Source: Malacoraja senta (lineage: Eukaryota). From it: a stretch of DNA of 20,000 bases. The stretch lies in NCBI GenBank assembly GCA_038087875.1, contig JAXLNO010000696.1, forward strand, positions 55,438-75,437, given 5' to 3'. Positions 10,162-19,920 of this stretch are shown here, piece after piece. Under the pieces are notes generated by a model. The model had not been told where the DNA came from, ran no database searches, and saw nothing but the letters and a program-made list of their open reading frames with translations. How positions within the stretch are numbered: position 1 is the first letter of the stretch; each line of letters starts with the position of its first letter. A program made the translations under genes and the position numbers.

Positions 10162-11281
10162 AGACAAAAATGCTGGAGAAACTCAGCGGGTGAGGCAGCA
10201 TCTATGGAGCGAAGGAAATAGGCGACGTTTTGGGTCAAGACCCTTCTTCAAACTGATGTGAGGGTGCAGGGGGTGGGAAGAAGAAAGGAAGAGGTGGTGA
10301 CAGTGGGCTGAGGGAGAGCTGGGAAGCGGAGGAGAAAGCAGGGACTACCTGAAATTTGAGGTTAAACTTTCATACCGCTGGGGTGCAAACTGCCCAAGCA
10401 AAATATGAGGTGATGCTTCTCCAATTTACGGTGGGCCTCACTCTGGCCATGGAGGAGGCCCAGGACAGAAAAGTCGGATTCGGAATGGGAGGGGGAGTTG
10501 AAGTGCTGAGCCACCGGGAGATCAAGTTGGTTATTGGGAACCGAGCGGAGGTATTGGCCGATGTAGAGCAGCTGACACCTAGAGCAGCGGATGCAATAGA
10601 TGAGGTTGGAGGAGGTTCAGGTGAACCTCTGCCGCACCTGGAAAGGCGGCTTGGGTCCTTGAATGGAGTCAAGGGGGGAGGTAAAGCGACAAGTGTAGCA
10701 TTTCCTGCGGTTGCAAGGGAAAGTGCCAGGAGAGGGGGTGGTTTAGGTGCGAAGGGACGAAATGGCCAGAGAGTTACGGAAGGAGCGGTCTCTGCGGAAA
10801 GCCGACAGGGGAGGAGATGGGAAGATGTGGCCAGTGGTGGGATCCCGTTGGTAGACAAAGTTGGAGATAATCAGCGGGTGCAGCATCTATTGAGCCAAGG
10901 TATAGGGGACGTTTCGGGTCGAGACCCTTCTTCCGACTGATGTCGGGGGGTCGGGAAAAAGAAAGGAAGAGGTGGAGACAGTAGGCTGTGGGAGAGCTGG
11001 GAATGGGAGGGGAAGGAGGGAGAAAACAAGGACTACCTGAAATTGGAGAAGCCAATGTTCATACCGCTGGGGTGTAAACTACCCAAGCATTATATGAGGT
11101 GCTGTTCCTCCAATTTGCGGTGGGCCTCACTCTGGCCATGGAGGAGGCCCAGGACAGAAAGGTCGGATTCGGAATGGGAGGGGGAGTTGAAGTGCTGAAC
11201 CACCGGGAGATCAGGTTGGTTATTGCGAACTGAGTGTAGGTGTTGTGTGAAGCGATCGCCAAGCCTGCACTTAGTCTCACT
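10162..11281 (-). mobile_element. Penelope-like element: two tandem partial copies (10162-10850 and 10851-11281) encoding the GIY-YIG endonuclease end plus pLTR
   Basis: Minus-strand translation SNLIYCIRCSRCQLLYIG (~10551-10610, GIY-YIG motif) and ETKCRLGDRFTQHLHSVRNNQPDLPVVQHFNSPSH. The two units are direct repeats, each ending in the hammerhead-like/gatgctgcc segment. Confidence 0.88.
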
Positions 11282-11284
11282 GAG

Positions 11285-11656
11285 GTTGATCATACGCTGA
11301 ATAATCCAACCAGAATTTTGTTTGGAAGTGGAAAGAAATAATAGAAATTGCATTCATTGCAACGTGTAAAAGGAGATGAGATACTGTATTGTAATTTTGA
11401 TGCATGTCATTGTGGTATATATCATGTCTTGACTGGCGAATATGTTTAGTTTGTGACTTTATTTGAAGCAGAAATAATACGTGAATGCTTCATTGACCAT
11501 AATTCTGACTGGTAACTACGCACTTCGTCCGAGCACATTATCGCACGTGTCATGCAAGCCGTCTTAAATGACCACCTAAACTGTCATTTGGCAAACTAAA
11601 AAGCTGCCTAGGTTGCCCGGCTGGCAACAGGGAAAAAAAGTTAAGCGAGTGCCCTG
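11285..11656. mobile_element. Possible one-ended DNA-transposon (hAT-like) remnant
   Basis: Segment not assignable to the LINE/SINE families, ending ...gttaagcgagtgccctg (CAGGGCAC.. on -, resembling CAGGG-type termini), with ggcaa/ttgcc subterminal motifs. No partner terminus found. Confidence 0.3.
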
Positions 11657-11738
11657 TTCAGTCTGACCTGTTGAGTTACTCCAGCTTTTTGTGTCTATCC
11701 GCAGTTTAAACAAGCATCTGCAGTTCCTTCCTACACAC
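11657..11738 (+). mobile_element. Penelope-derived short-element fragment
   Basis: ctgacctgttgagttactccagctttttgtgtctatc...agcatctgcagttccttcctacac is the reverse complement of the 4744/6923 element. Confidence 0.75.
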
Positions 11739-11859
11739 ACGATACTATGCGATAGAACTTTATTAATCCCAGGAGGGAAATTGTGTGTGTGGGTATATAT
11801 ATTATATATACATACACACACACATATATATATAGTTATATATTCATATATAAATATAC

Positions 11860-11964
11860 ACTGTTTTGTTTTCTCGTTTATAACATTGTTTGCAGAGTAC
11901 TATGTTTACATATTCTGTTGTGCTGCTGCAAGTAAGGATTTTATTGTTCTAACTGGGATGTGAG
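11860..11964 (+). repeat. LINE 3'-tail fragment; an inverted homologue lies at ~12286-12400
   Basis: tatgtttacatattctgttgtgctgctgcaagtaag...ctgggat...aaaacactcttgacttg vs caagagtcaagagag...tcccag...cttgcttgctgcagcacaacagaatatgtaaacata. Confidence 0.65.
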
Positions 11965-12100
11965 AATAAAACACTCTTGACTTGCGTCGCTAATGTGTGG
12001 GATAGAACTAGTGTACGGGTGATTGGTGGTCGGCGTGGACTCGGTGGGCCTATTTCCACACTGTATCTTTAAATTAAACTAGAAACACTAAAACCAGAGG

Positions 12101-12180
12101 GAGTCTAAAGAAGGGTCTCTACCCGAAACGTCACCTAATTTCTTCTGTCCAGAATTGTTGGCTGCTCCTTGGAGTTCCCC
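12101..12180 (+). mobile_element. Penelope-derived fragment with near-intact minimal hammerhead core
   Basis: CTAAAGA-AGGGT-CTCT-ACCC-GAAAC-GTC at 12105-12132, one change from CTGAAGA. Confidence 0.65.
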
Positions 12181-13038
12181 GACATAGTTAAAGCATGGAA
12201 TAGTCTTCACCCTCCCATAGTTACCCAACCAGACGCAACTAGATTTAAGGTAGCTCTTTTTTCCCCAAGAAACCTTTTTTGCTTAAGTCCAAGTCAAGAG
12301 TCAAGAGAGTTTTTAGTCATGTGTCCCAGATAGGACAATGAAATTCTTGCTTGCTGCAGCACAACAGAATATGTAAACATAATACAGAACAGGAGATAAA
12401 AGTTCAGTGTGTCTATATACCATAGACCATATATATACACACAATAAATAAACAGATAAAATGCAATAGGCTGTTATTGTTCAGAGTTTGGAGTTTGGTG
12501 ATGGACCCTCCACCACCTCCTGTTTAAATTCCATTTAGAATATTTTTGGAGGACCAGGAAACCAGAAGCAAGAGTTACTCCAGCGAGTTACTCCAGCTCC
12601 AGGGAGTGATTCTGCGTTGGTTTTCAGCGGTCGCGGCGAGGCATGACAGTGTTTTCATTCTTATCCACGATGCACCTAACCACCCCCCTCGCGGCAATCA
12701 GTGCTCACGGAAGGCCCCAGTGCTTACGTGGATCTTGGACAAGCAGCAATCAAAGAGAAGCAGGGAGACGAGCTTATTGGCTGAAACCCGTGGGAAAGGT
12801 GAGTAAGTCACAGAGGAAAAAAATTTAAAAACTGAGGAATTTGGTTGTAAATTGGTAAATTAGGCAATTTATCAGTCAATATAAGCAAGGCTGCTCTAGG
12901 GGAGAGGCAATGAGGAAGCGGCCTTGTGAGGGAAGTGGCTTGTGAGTAAATTGTGAGTCTGGCTTGAGAGTCTTCTGCGAGGAGGCTGAGGAGAGGAGGC
13001 TACGCAAAAAGCTGGAGAGGACGGGATGCGGTGAACAC

Positions 13039-13951
13039 ATGACAGGACAGATGAGACAGTGTGATGCTTGCAGAATGTGGGAGCCCAGGGACACAGATGG
13101 AGCCTCTGGCTGCTACAACTGTGGCAAGTGCGTCCAGCTTCAGCTCCTGAAGGACCGTGTTGGGGCACTGGAGAAGCAGCTGGATGACCTCAGGGTCATC
13201 CGGGAAAACGAGAGTTTCCTGGACAGGACCTACAGTGAGGTTGTCACGCCGAGGTTACGGGAAAAACAAAGGTGTGTGACGGAGAGAAAGGGTAGTAACC
13301 GTGGAGTGCAGGACCCCAGGTGGCTGTGCCTAATGAAAACAGGCACGCCCTCTTGGGAACTGTCGGGGCTGACGATGCTTCCAGTCCAAGCGGCGGACAC
13401 ATCGGTGGCTCCAATCCTAGAGATGGGACTCGACCGGCGTCGGGCAGAGCCATAGTGGTGGGTGACTCCATTGTCCGAGGAGCAGACAAGAGATTCTGCG
13501 GCGGCAGACGAGACGCGAGGATGGTCTGTTGTCTCCCTGGTGCCAGGGTTCAGGATGTCACGAGCTGAATTCAGAACATTCTCGAGAGAGATAAGGTGAA
13601 CAGCCGGCAGTAGTTGTACACGAGGGCACAAACGACATCGGGAAGAAGCAGAAGGAGGTTCTCCAACGTGAGTTCAGAGAGTTAGGAAGAAGACTGAAAA
13701 GCAGGACTTCTAGGGTGGCTATCTCTGGATTGCTTCCAGTACCTCGTGCTAGTGAGGACAGGAACAGGGAGATAGGGGATCTGAATGTGTGGCTGAGGGT
13801 CTGGGAGCAAGGATTTAGATTTATAGACCACTGGGATCTCTTCTGGGGTAGGGGTGGCCCGTACAAAAGGGACGGGTGACACCTTAACTGGAGGGGGACC
13901 GACATTCTGGTAGGCAGGTTTGCTAGGGCTACACGTGTGGATTTAAACTAA
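13039..13951 (+). pseudogene. CR1 ORF1: Cys zinc-finger/coiled-coil plus SGNH/GDSL-type esterase domain, disrupted
   Basis: CDACRMWE...CGKCVQLQLLKDRVGALEKQLDDL; IVVGDSIVRG, CCLPGARVQDV, VVVHEGTNDIG, DG*HLN blocks. Frameshift near 13310 and in-frame stops. Confidence 0.88.
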
Positions 13952-14124
13952 ATAGTGGGGTGTAGGGATTGACAAATTGGGAGTAGAAAGATGGAATTGA
14001 AGGGGAAGTGAGTACAGGAAAAATTACAAAATATTCTCGAATTAATGGAAAGGAAGGTTCGAGATGGGATAAAAGAGTAAGGTCAGGGCCAATTGCGAGG
14101 GGTGACGTGAATACGGAGGTCAAA

Positions 14125-16388
14125 GTGTTGTATATGAATTCGCGAAGAATAAGAAATAAAGTAGACGAGCTTGAAGCTCAGTTAGAAATTGGCAAGTATG
14201 ATGTTGTGGGAATTACTGAGACATGGCTGCAAGAGGGCCAGGGCTGGGAACTGAATATCCAACGGTATGCCTCCTATCGAAAAAACAGACAGGTGGGCAG
14301 AGGGGGTGGGGTAGCTCTGTTGGTGAGGAATGAAATTCCGTCCCTTGCAAGGGGTGACATTGAAACAGGAGATGTGGAGTCAGTATGGATAGAACTAAGG
14401 AATTGTAAGGGTAAAAATACCCTAATGGGACTTATCTACAGCCCCCCAAACAGTAGCCTGGACTAGGGTGCAAGTTGAATCAGGAGTTAAAATTGGCATG
14501 TAGCAAAGGTAATGCTGTGGTTGATATGGGAGATTTCAACATGCAGGTAGGCTGGGAAAATCAGGTTGGTACTGGACCCCAAGAAAGGGACTTTGTAGAG
14601 TGCCTTCGTGATGGATTCTTAGAGCCTACCAGGGAGAAGGCAATTCTGGATTTAGTGTTATGTAATGAACTGGATTTGATAAGGGAACTTGAGGTTAATG
14701 AGCCATTAGGAGGTAGTGACCATAATATGGTCAGGTTTAATCTACAATTGGAGAGGGAGAAGGGTAGATCGGTGTCAGTGTTACAGTTGAATAAAGGGGA
14801 CTATGGGGCCATGAGGGAGGAGCTGGCCAAAGTTGACTGGAAAGATACCCTAGCAGGGATGACAGTGGAACAACAATGGCAGGTATTTCTAGGAATAACA
14901 CAGAAGGTGCAGGACCAGTTCATTCCTAGGAGGAAGAAAGATTCCAAGGGGAGTATGGGGCGACCGTGACTGACAAGGGACGTCGGGGACAGTATAAAAA
15001 TAAAAGAGAAGTACAACGTAGCAAAGATGTGCAGGAAGGAAGAAGATTGGGTAATGTTTAGAAATGGCGGGAGAGAGAAAACAGGGAATTATAGACCAGT
15101 TAGCCTGACATCGGTGGTGGGGAAGATGCTGGAGTCAATTATAAAAGATGAAATAGCCACATATTTGGATAGCAGTAACAGGATCGGTCCGTGTCAGCAT
15201 GGATTTATGAAGGGGAAATCGTGCTTGACTAATCTTCTGGAATTTTTTAAGGATGTAACTAGGACAATGGACATGGGAGAGCCAGTGGACGTAGTGTACC
15301 TGGACTTACAGAAAGCATTTGATAAGGTCCCACACAGGAGATTAGTGGACAAAATTAGGGCGCATGGTATTGGGTGTAGAGTGCTGACATGGATAGAAAA
15401 TTGGTTGGCAGACAGGAAACTAAGAGTAAGGATTAACGGGTCCCTTTCAGAATGGCAGGCAGTGACTAGTGGGGTACCACAAGGCTCAGTGCTTGGACCG
15501 CAGCTATTTACAATATACATCAATGATTTGGATGAAGGGATTCAAAGTAACATTAGCAAATTTGCAGATGACACAAAGTTGGGTGGCAGTGTGAACTGTG
15601 AGGTGGATACTATGAGAATGCAAGGTGACTTGGACAGTTTGGGGGAGTGGGCAGATGCATGGCAGATGAAGTTTAATGTGGATAAATGTGAGGTTATCCA
15701 CTTTGGAATAAAAAACAGGAAGGCAGATTACTATCTAAATGGCATCAAGTTGGGAAAAGGGGAAGTACAACGGGATCTGGGGGTCCTTGTTCATCAGTCT
15801 ATGAAAGTAAGCATGCATGTACAGCAGACAGTGAAGAAAGTGAATGGCATGTTGGCCTTTATAACAAGAGTAGTCGAGTATTGGAGCAAAGAGACCCTTC
15901 TGCAGTTGTACAGGGCCTTAGTGAGACCACACCTGAAGTATTGTGTGCAGTTTTGGTCCCTTAATTTGAGGAAGGGCATCCTTGCTATTGAGGGAGTGCA
16001 GCAAGGACTGTAGGTTTACAAGGTTAATTCCCGGGATGGCGGGACTGTCATATGCTGAGGAATGGAGCAGGTGGGCTTGTACACTCTGGAGTTTAGAAGG
16101 ATGAGAGGGGATCTTATTGAAACATATAAGATTGTTAAGGATTTGGACACGCTAAAGGCAAGAAACATGTTCCCGATGTTGGGGGAGTCCAGAACCAGGG
16201 GCCACAGTTTAAGAATAAGGGGTAATCCATTTAGAACGGAGATGAGGAAACACTTTTTCTCACAGAGAGTTGTGAGTCTGTGGAATTCTCCGCCTCAGAG
16301 GCCGGTTCTCTGGATGCTTTCAAGAGAGAGGGCTCTTAAAGATGGCGGAGTCAGGGGATACGACGAGAAGGCAGGAACGGGGTACTGA
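14125..16388 (+). pseudogene. CR1 ORF2: APE endonuclease plus reverse transcriptase, with stops, frameshifts and an internal deletion near 15058
   Basis: LYMNSRRIRNK, GITETWL, MGDFN, LDLVL, SDHN (APE). NYRPVSLTS, YLDLQKAFDKVPH, GVPQGSVLGPQLF, FADDTK (RT). Confidence 0.93.
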
Positions 16389-16572
16389 TTGGGGATGATC
16401 AGCCATGATCACATTGAATGGCAGTGCTGGCTCGAAGGGCTGAATGGCCTATTCCTGCACCTATTGTCTATTGCCTCATGAGTACCGGTGGACACGGACG
16501 TAGGCCCGGAAGAGGGGCAGGCGGTCGACTCAGGCAGAACCCTCGACTGTCCGTTGCTGGGACATGTGAGCA

Positions 16573-16618
16573 GCCATCTTGGCCGGATGGCCATCTTGGC
16601 CGGATGGCCATCTTGGCC
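16573..16618. repeat. 17-bp tandem repeat GCCATCTTGGCCGGATG x2.7
   Basis: Exact units at 16573-16589 and 16590-16606, partial at 16607-16618. Confidence 0.95.
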
Positions 16619-16769
16619 AGGTCCAGTGGCAAACCAACAGGGAGTTCCCCCTTCCTCCCACCACTGAACAACCGACCGAACCTCCTTCTTCCGTACCGGG
16701 AAATCTAAGATCAGATGCGTGGGGCCGAAATGCAGCTAAAACTTGAGCTTTTTTTTGCCTTGTGCTATT

Positions 16770-17062
16770 CAGTCAGCAGAATGACTATACATAATTACAA
16801 TCAAGCTGTCCACAGTGCACAGATCCAGGATAAAGGGAGTAACGTTTAGTCCAAGGTAAAGTCCGATAATAGATAGACCGATGAGGTAGCTGGAAGGTCA
16901 GGACCTCTCTCTAGTTGGTGATAGGATGGTTCAATTGCCTGATAACAGCTTGGAAGAAACTGTCCCTGAATCTGGACGTGTGCGTTATCACACTTCTGTG
17001 CCTCTTGGTTGATGGGTGAGGGTAGAAGAGGGAGTGGCCAGGGTGCGACTCGTCCTTGATTA
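16770..17062 (-). mobile_element. Rex1/Babar-type LINE 3' end
   Basis: Minus-strand translation IIKDESHPGHSLFYPHPSTKRHRSVITHTSRFRDSFFQAVIRQLNHP*, resembling the Rex-type ORF C-terminus (family assignment from recall). Confidence 0.7.
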
Positions 17063-17098
17063 TGCCTGACCCACTGAGCTACTCCAGCTTTTTGTGTG
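17062..17098 (+). mobile_element. Penelope-derived fragment just upstream of the IFIT exon-2 acceptor
   Basis: tgcctgacccactgagctactccagctttttgtgt matches 4907-4941. Confidence 0.7.
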
Positions 17099-17131
17099 TT
17101 GTCCCATTGATCACCTTGTGCTCTCTTGCAG

Positions 17132-18593
17132 CGACACACTGAGAGAGTCCTTGTTGGTGAAGCTCGACCAGCTTCAGTGCCACTTCACGTGGGGCCCACA
17201 GATAGACGACGTCGACCTGGACGAAGTGAAGCAGAAGTTGCAGGATTCGATTATCATTGGCGGGAAGCACCAAGGCGTGCCGCACAACCAGCTGGCTTAC
17301 ATCAACTACCGGCAGGGCAAATGCGAACAAGCTCTCCGTGACTTAGAGGAGTCGGAGAGACGTCTGAGGGAGATCCACAGGGATGGATTTGAGAGGAGGA
17401 GCATCGTCACCTATGGCAACCGGGCCTGGTTGCATTACCACGTGGGGCAACTCAGCGAGGCCCAGTCCTACCTCGACAAGCTGGAGGTGACATGTGGCCC
17501 CCTCACACAGGGCCCGCACGTCACGGCAATGGTGCCCGAGGTGTTGGGGGAGAAGGGGTGGTCTTTGCTTTGCTCCCAATCAAAGTGCTACGAGGAGGCG
17601 AAGGAATGTTTCGCCAGGGCTCTGGAGGAAGATCCCAACAACACGGAGTGGAACATGGGCTACGCCACTGCTCTGTACCGTCTGGAATCGATTTCCGGGA
17701 TCCCGGAAAACCCCGAAGTGAGTCAGTCGGTGAGACGGCTGAGACGGGTGCTGGAGCTCGACCCGGGTGAATCTGTGGCCAGGGTGATGCTGGCCCTCAG
17801 GCTCCAAGAGTTCCAGCAAAAGGCAGAAGCGAATGAATTGGTTGAAGAAGCGTTGGGGACAAGCCCAGATTCTCCATTTGTGCTCCGCTATGTAGCAAAG
17901 TTTTACAGAATAAAGCACGATGTTGATAAAGCGATAGGGATGTTGAAGAAAGCCTTAGAATTCACTCCGCACTCTTCCTTCTTGCACCATCAAATGGGTA
18001 TCTGTTACAGGGCAAAGCTATTGGCTCTGCGTAAAAATCAAGGTAGTGGAGACCGTGGCGTGAAGACTGAGTTGATCAGCCATTGCAAACACCATTTGGG
18101 AACGGCATTTCAACTGGAGCCATCGTTTATTCTTGCACAGCTGGATTTTGCCGAGATCTGCTTAATGAATGATGAATCAGACAGGGCGGTGGAGATATAC
18201 AACAGCCTCCGGAGATTAGAGGATGTTACTCCAGATAGAAAGCAGGCAATAGAGTTACAGCTTGGACTGTATGAAATGTATCACACCAAATCTGAGTCAA
18301 ACGCCATCCACCATTTTATGGAAGGCCTTAACATCCGGCACGGCACGAAAGAATGTAAACGTTGTTTCACTAAATTGGAGCAGATTGCAAGAAGGCAAAT
18401 TAACAGGAACCCGGACAACAGCAGAGCCTGGGGTATCCTGGGGTTTCTTCACCAGAAAGCTGGGGAGAATTCTGAAGCTGTTGAATGCTTTGAAAAGGCC
18501 TTGCGGTTTGATCGTGGCAACGAAGAATATCTCAGCGCTCTTTGTGAATTGCGCCTGTCTACTGAGGCTGGAGATACCAGGACCAGGAGGTAA
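17132..18593 (+). CDS. IFIT: Interferon-induced protein with tetratricopeptide repeats (IFIT5-like), exon 2; 488 aa when spliced to exon 1
   Basis: Family motifs LQCHFTW, VTYGNRAWLHYHVGQLSEAQSYLDK, EKGWSLL, GYATALYRLE, VLRYVAKFYR, SSFLHHQMGICYR, and a C-terminal TPR (AWGILGFLHQKAGENSEAVECFEKAL). Acceptor ctctcttgcag ends at 17131; open frame to TAA at 18591-18593. Confidence 0.96.
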
Positions 18594-18627
18594 GGGCGAG
18601 AAAGGTTCTTCCTCAACCATTCCTCAT

Positions 18628-19010
18628 TAGAACATAGAACGTAACACAGTACAGCGCAAGGACAGGCCCTTCGGCCCACGGTGTCTGTGCAGAACATGAT
18701 GCCAAGGCCAAATTCTATCTGCCTCCATTCCCTGTATACCCATCGGCCCATCCAAAAGTCTCTCAAATGCCACAATCGTGCCTCAACCACCACTCACGGC
18801 AGCAAGTTCCGGGCACACACAGCCCTCTGTGTAAAGAAAACATGTCCCGCACATCTCCTGTAGCTAATACCCTCTAGTCCACGCACCTCCTCTGCACGCT
18901 TTCCAAAGCCTCCACATCCGTACAGCAATGGGGCGCCCTGAACTACATGTTATACTCCAAATTAACTCCAAATAACCAAAGTCCGATAAAGTTGCATCAT
19001 GACTCCCTGA
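18628..19010 (-). mobile_element. Degraded CR1 3' fragment, antisense, starting ~35 bp after the IFIT stop
   Basis: Tail tagaacatagaac...acaggcccttcggccc; minus-strand VMMQLYRTLV. Confidence 0.75.
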
Positions 19011-19873
19011 CTGATACAAAAGTGAGTGATTTTTGTATCAGGCGGGCGGAGGAATGGTTGATGGAATTTAATACAGAGAAGTGTGAGGTGTTGCATTTTG
19101 GGACGTCGAACAAGGGCGGAACCTACACAGTAAATGTTAGGCCTCTGGGAAATGTTGTAGAGCAGAGGGATCACAGAGTACTGGTGCATGGTTCCTTGAA
19201 GGTGAAGTCGCAGGTAGATAAGGTGGTCAAAAAGGCTTTTGGCACTTTGGCTTTCATCAGTTAGAGTATTGAGTATAGGAGTTGGGAGGTCATGTTGCAG
19301 TTGTATAAGACGTTGGTGAGCGCATTTAGAATATTGTGTTCAGTTCTGGGCACCAAGTTACAGGAAAGATATTGTCAAGCTTGAAAAGGGTTCAGAAAAG
19401 ATTCACGAGATGTTGCCAGGACTAGAGGGTGTGAGCTATAGGGAGAGGGTGAGTAGGCTGGGTCTCTACTCCATGGAGAGCAGGAGGATGAGGAGAGATC
19501 TTATCAGGGTACACAAAATCATTAGAGGAATAGATAGGGTAGACGCACAGAATCTTTTGCCCAGAGTAGGGGAATCGAGGAGCAGAGGACATAGGTTCAA
19601 GATGAAGTGTAAAAGAGTTAATAGGAATCTGAGGGGTAACTTTTACATACAAAGAGTGGTGGGTGTATGGAACATGCTGCCAGAGGAATTAGTTGAGGCT
19701 GGGACTATCCCATCGTTTAAGAAACAGTTAGATAGGTACATGGATAGGACTGGTTTGGAGGGATATGGACCAAGCGCAGGCAAGTGGGACTGGTGTAGCT
19801 GGGACATTGTTGAGTGGTGTGGGTGACTTGGGCCAAAGGGCCTGTTCCCACACTGTATCACTCTATGACTATG
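19011..19873 (+). mobile_element. CR1 3' fragment (duplicate of 4993-5905, inverted)
   Basis: WLMEFNTEKCEVLHFG, KKAFGTLAFISQ, RRMRRDLIRVHKI, GYGPSAGKWD; tail ctctatgactatgact. Confidence 0.92.
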
Positions 19874-19920
19874 ACTTATACTCAATGCTTGGACCTATGA
19901 AGGCAAGCATAGTATACGGT

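Larger units (their letters stand above)
12900..16473 (+). mobile_element. Near-full-length decayed CR1 LINE in the IFIT intron, sense orientation (5' boundary uncertain, may extend to ~12550)
   Basis: 5'UTR, ORF1, ORF2 and 3' tail (cctgcacctattgtctattg) present in order. Confidence 0.92.

Noticed and set aside
10356..10940. 194-aa + strand and 162-aa - strand ORFs
   Set aside because: Antisense or off-frame readings of the Penelope GIY-YIG region.
15027..16013. 328-aa RT ORF as a domesticated gene or a bacterial-type RT defence system
   Set aside because: Ordinary CR1 ORF2 piece bounded by a deletion and frameshifts within a decayed LINE.
7997..16473. CR1 at 7997-8640(-) and the intronic CR1 3' end (+) as a second inverted duplication
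   Set aside because: Similarity is confined to the TE with no shared flanks, so these are independent insertions of one subfamily.
16573..16618. CRISPR-like repeat
   Set aside because: Contiguous tandem units without spacers, in a eukaryotic context.
17094..17131. ORF-track N-terminus MCCPIDHLVLSC of the 499-aa ORF
   Set aside because: Non-ATG start within TE and splice-acceptor sequence; the likely real start is exon 1 at 8930.
17909..17914. AATAAA
   Set aside because: Lies inside the coding exon (R-I-K codons); no evidence of use.
17126..18793. Overlapping alternative-frame and antisense ORFs on IFIT exon 2
   Set aside because: Expected shadows of a GC-rich coding exon; no recognisable motifs.
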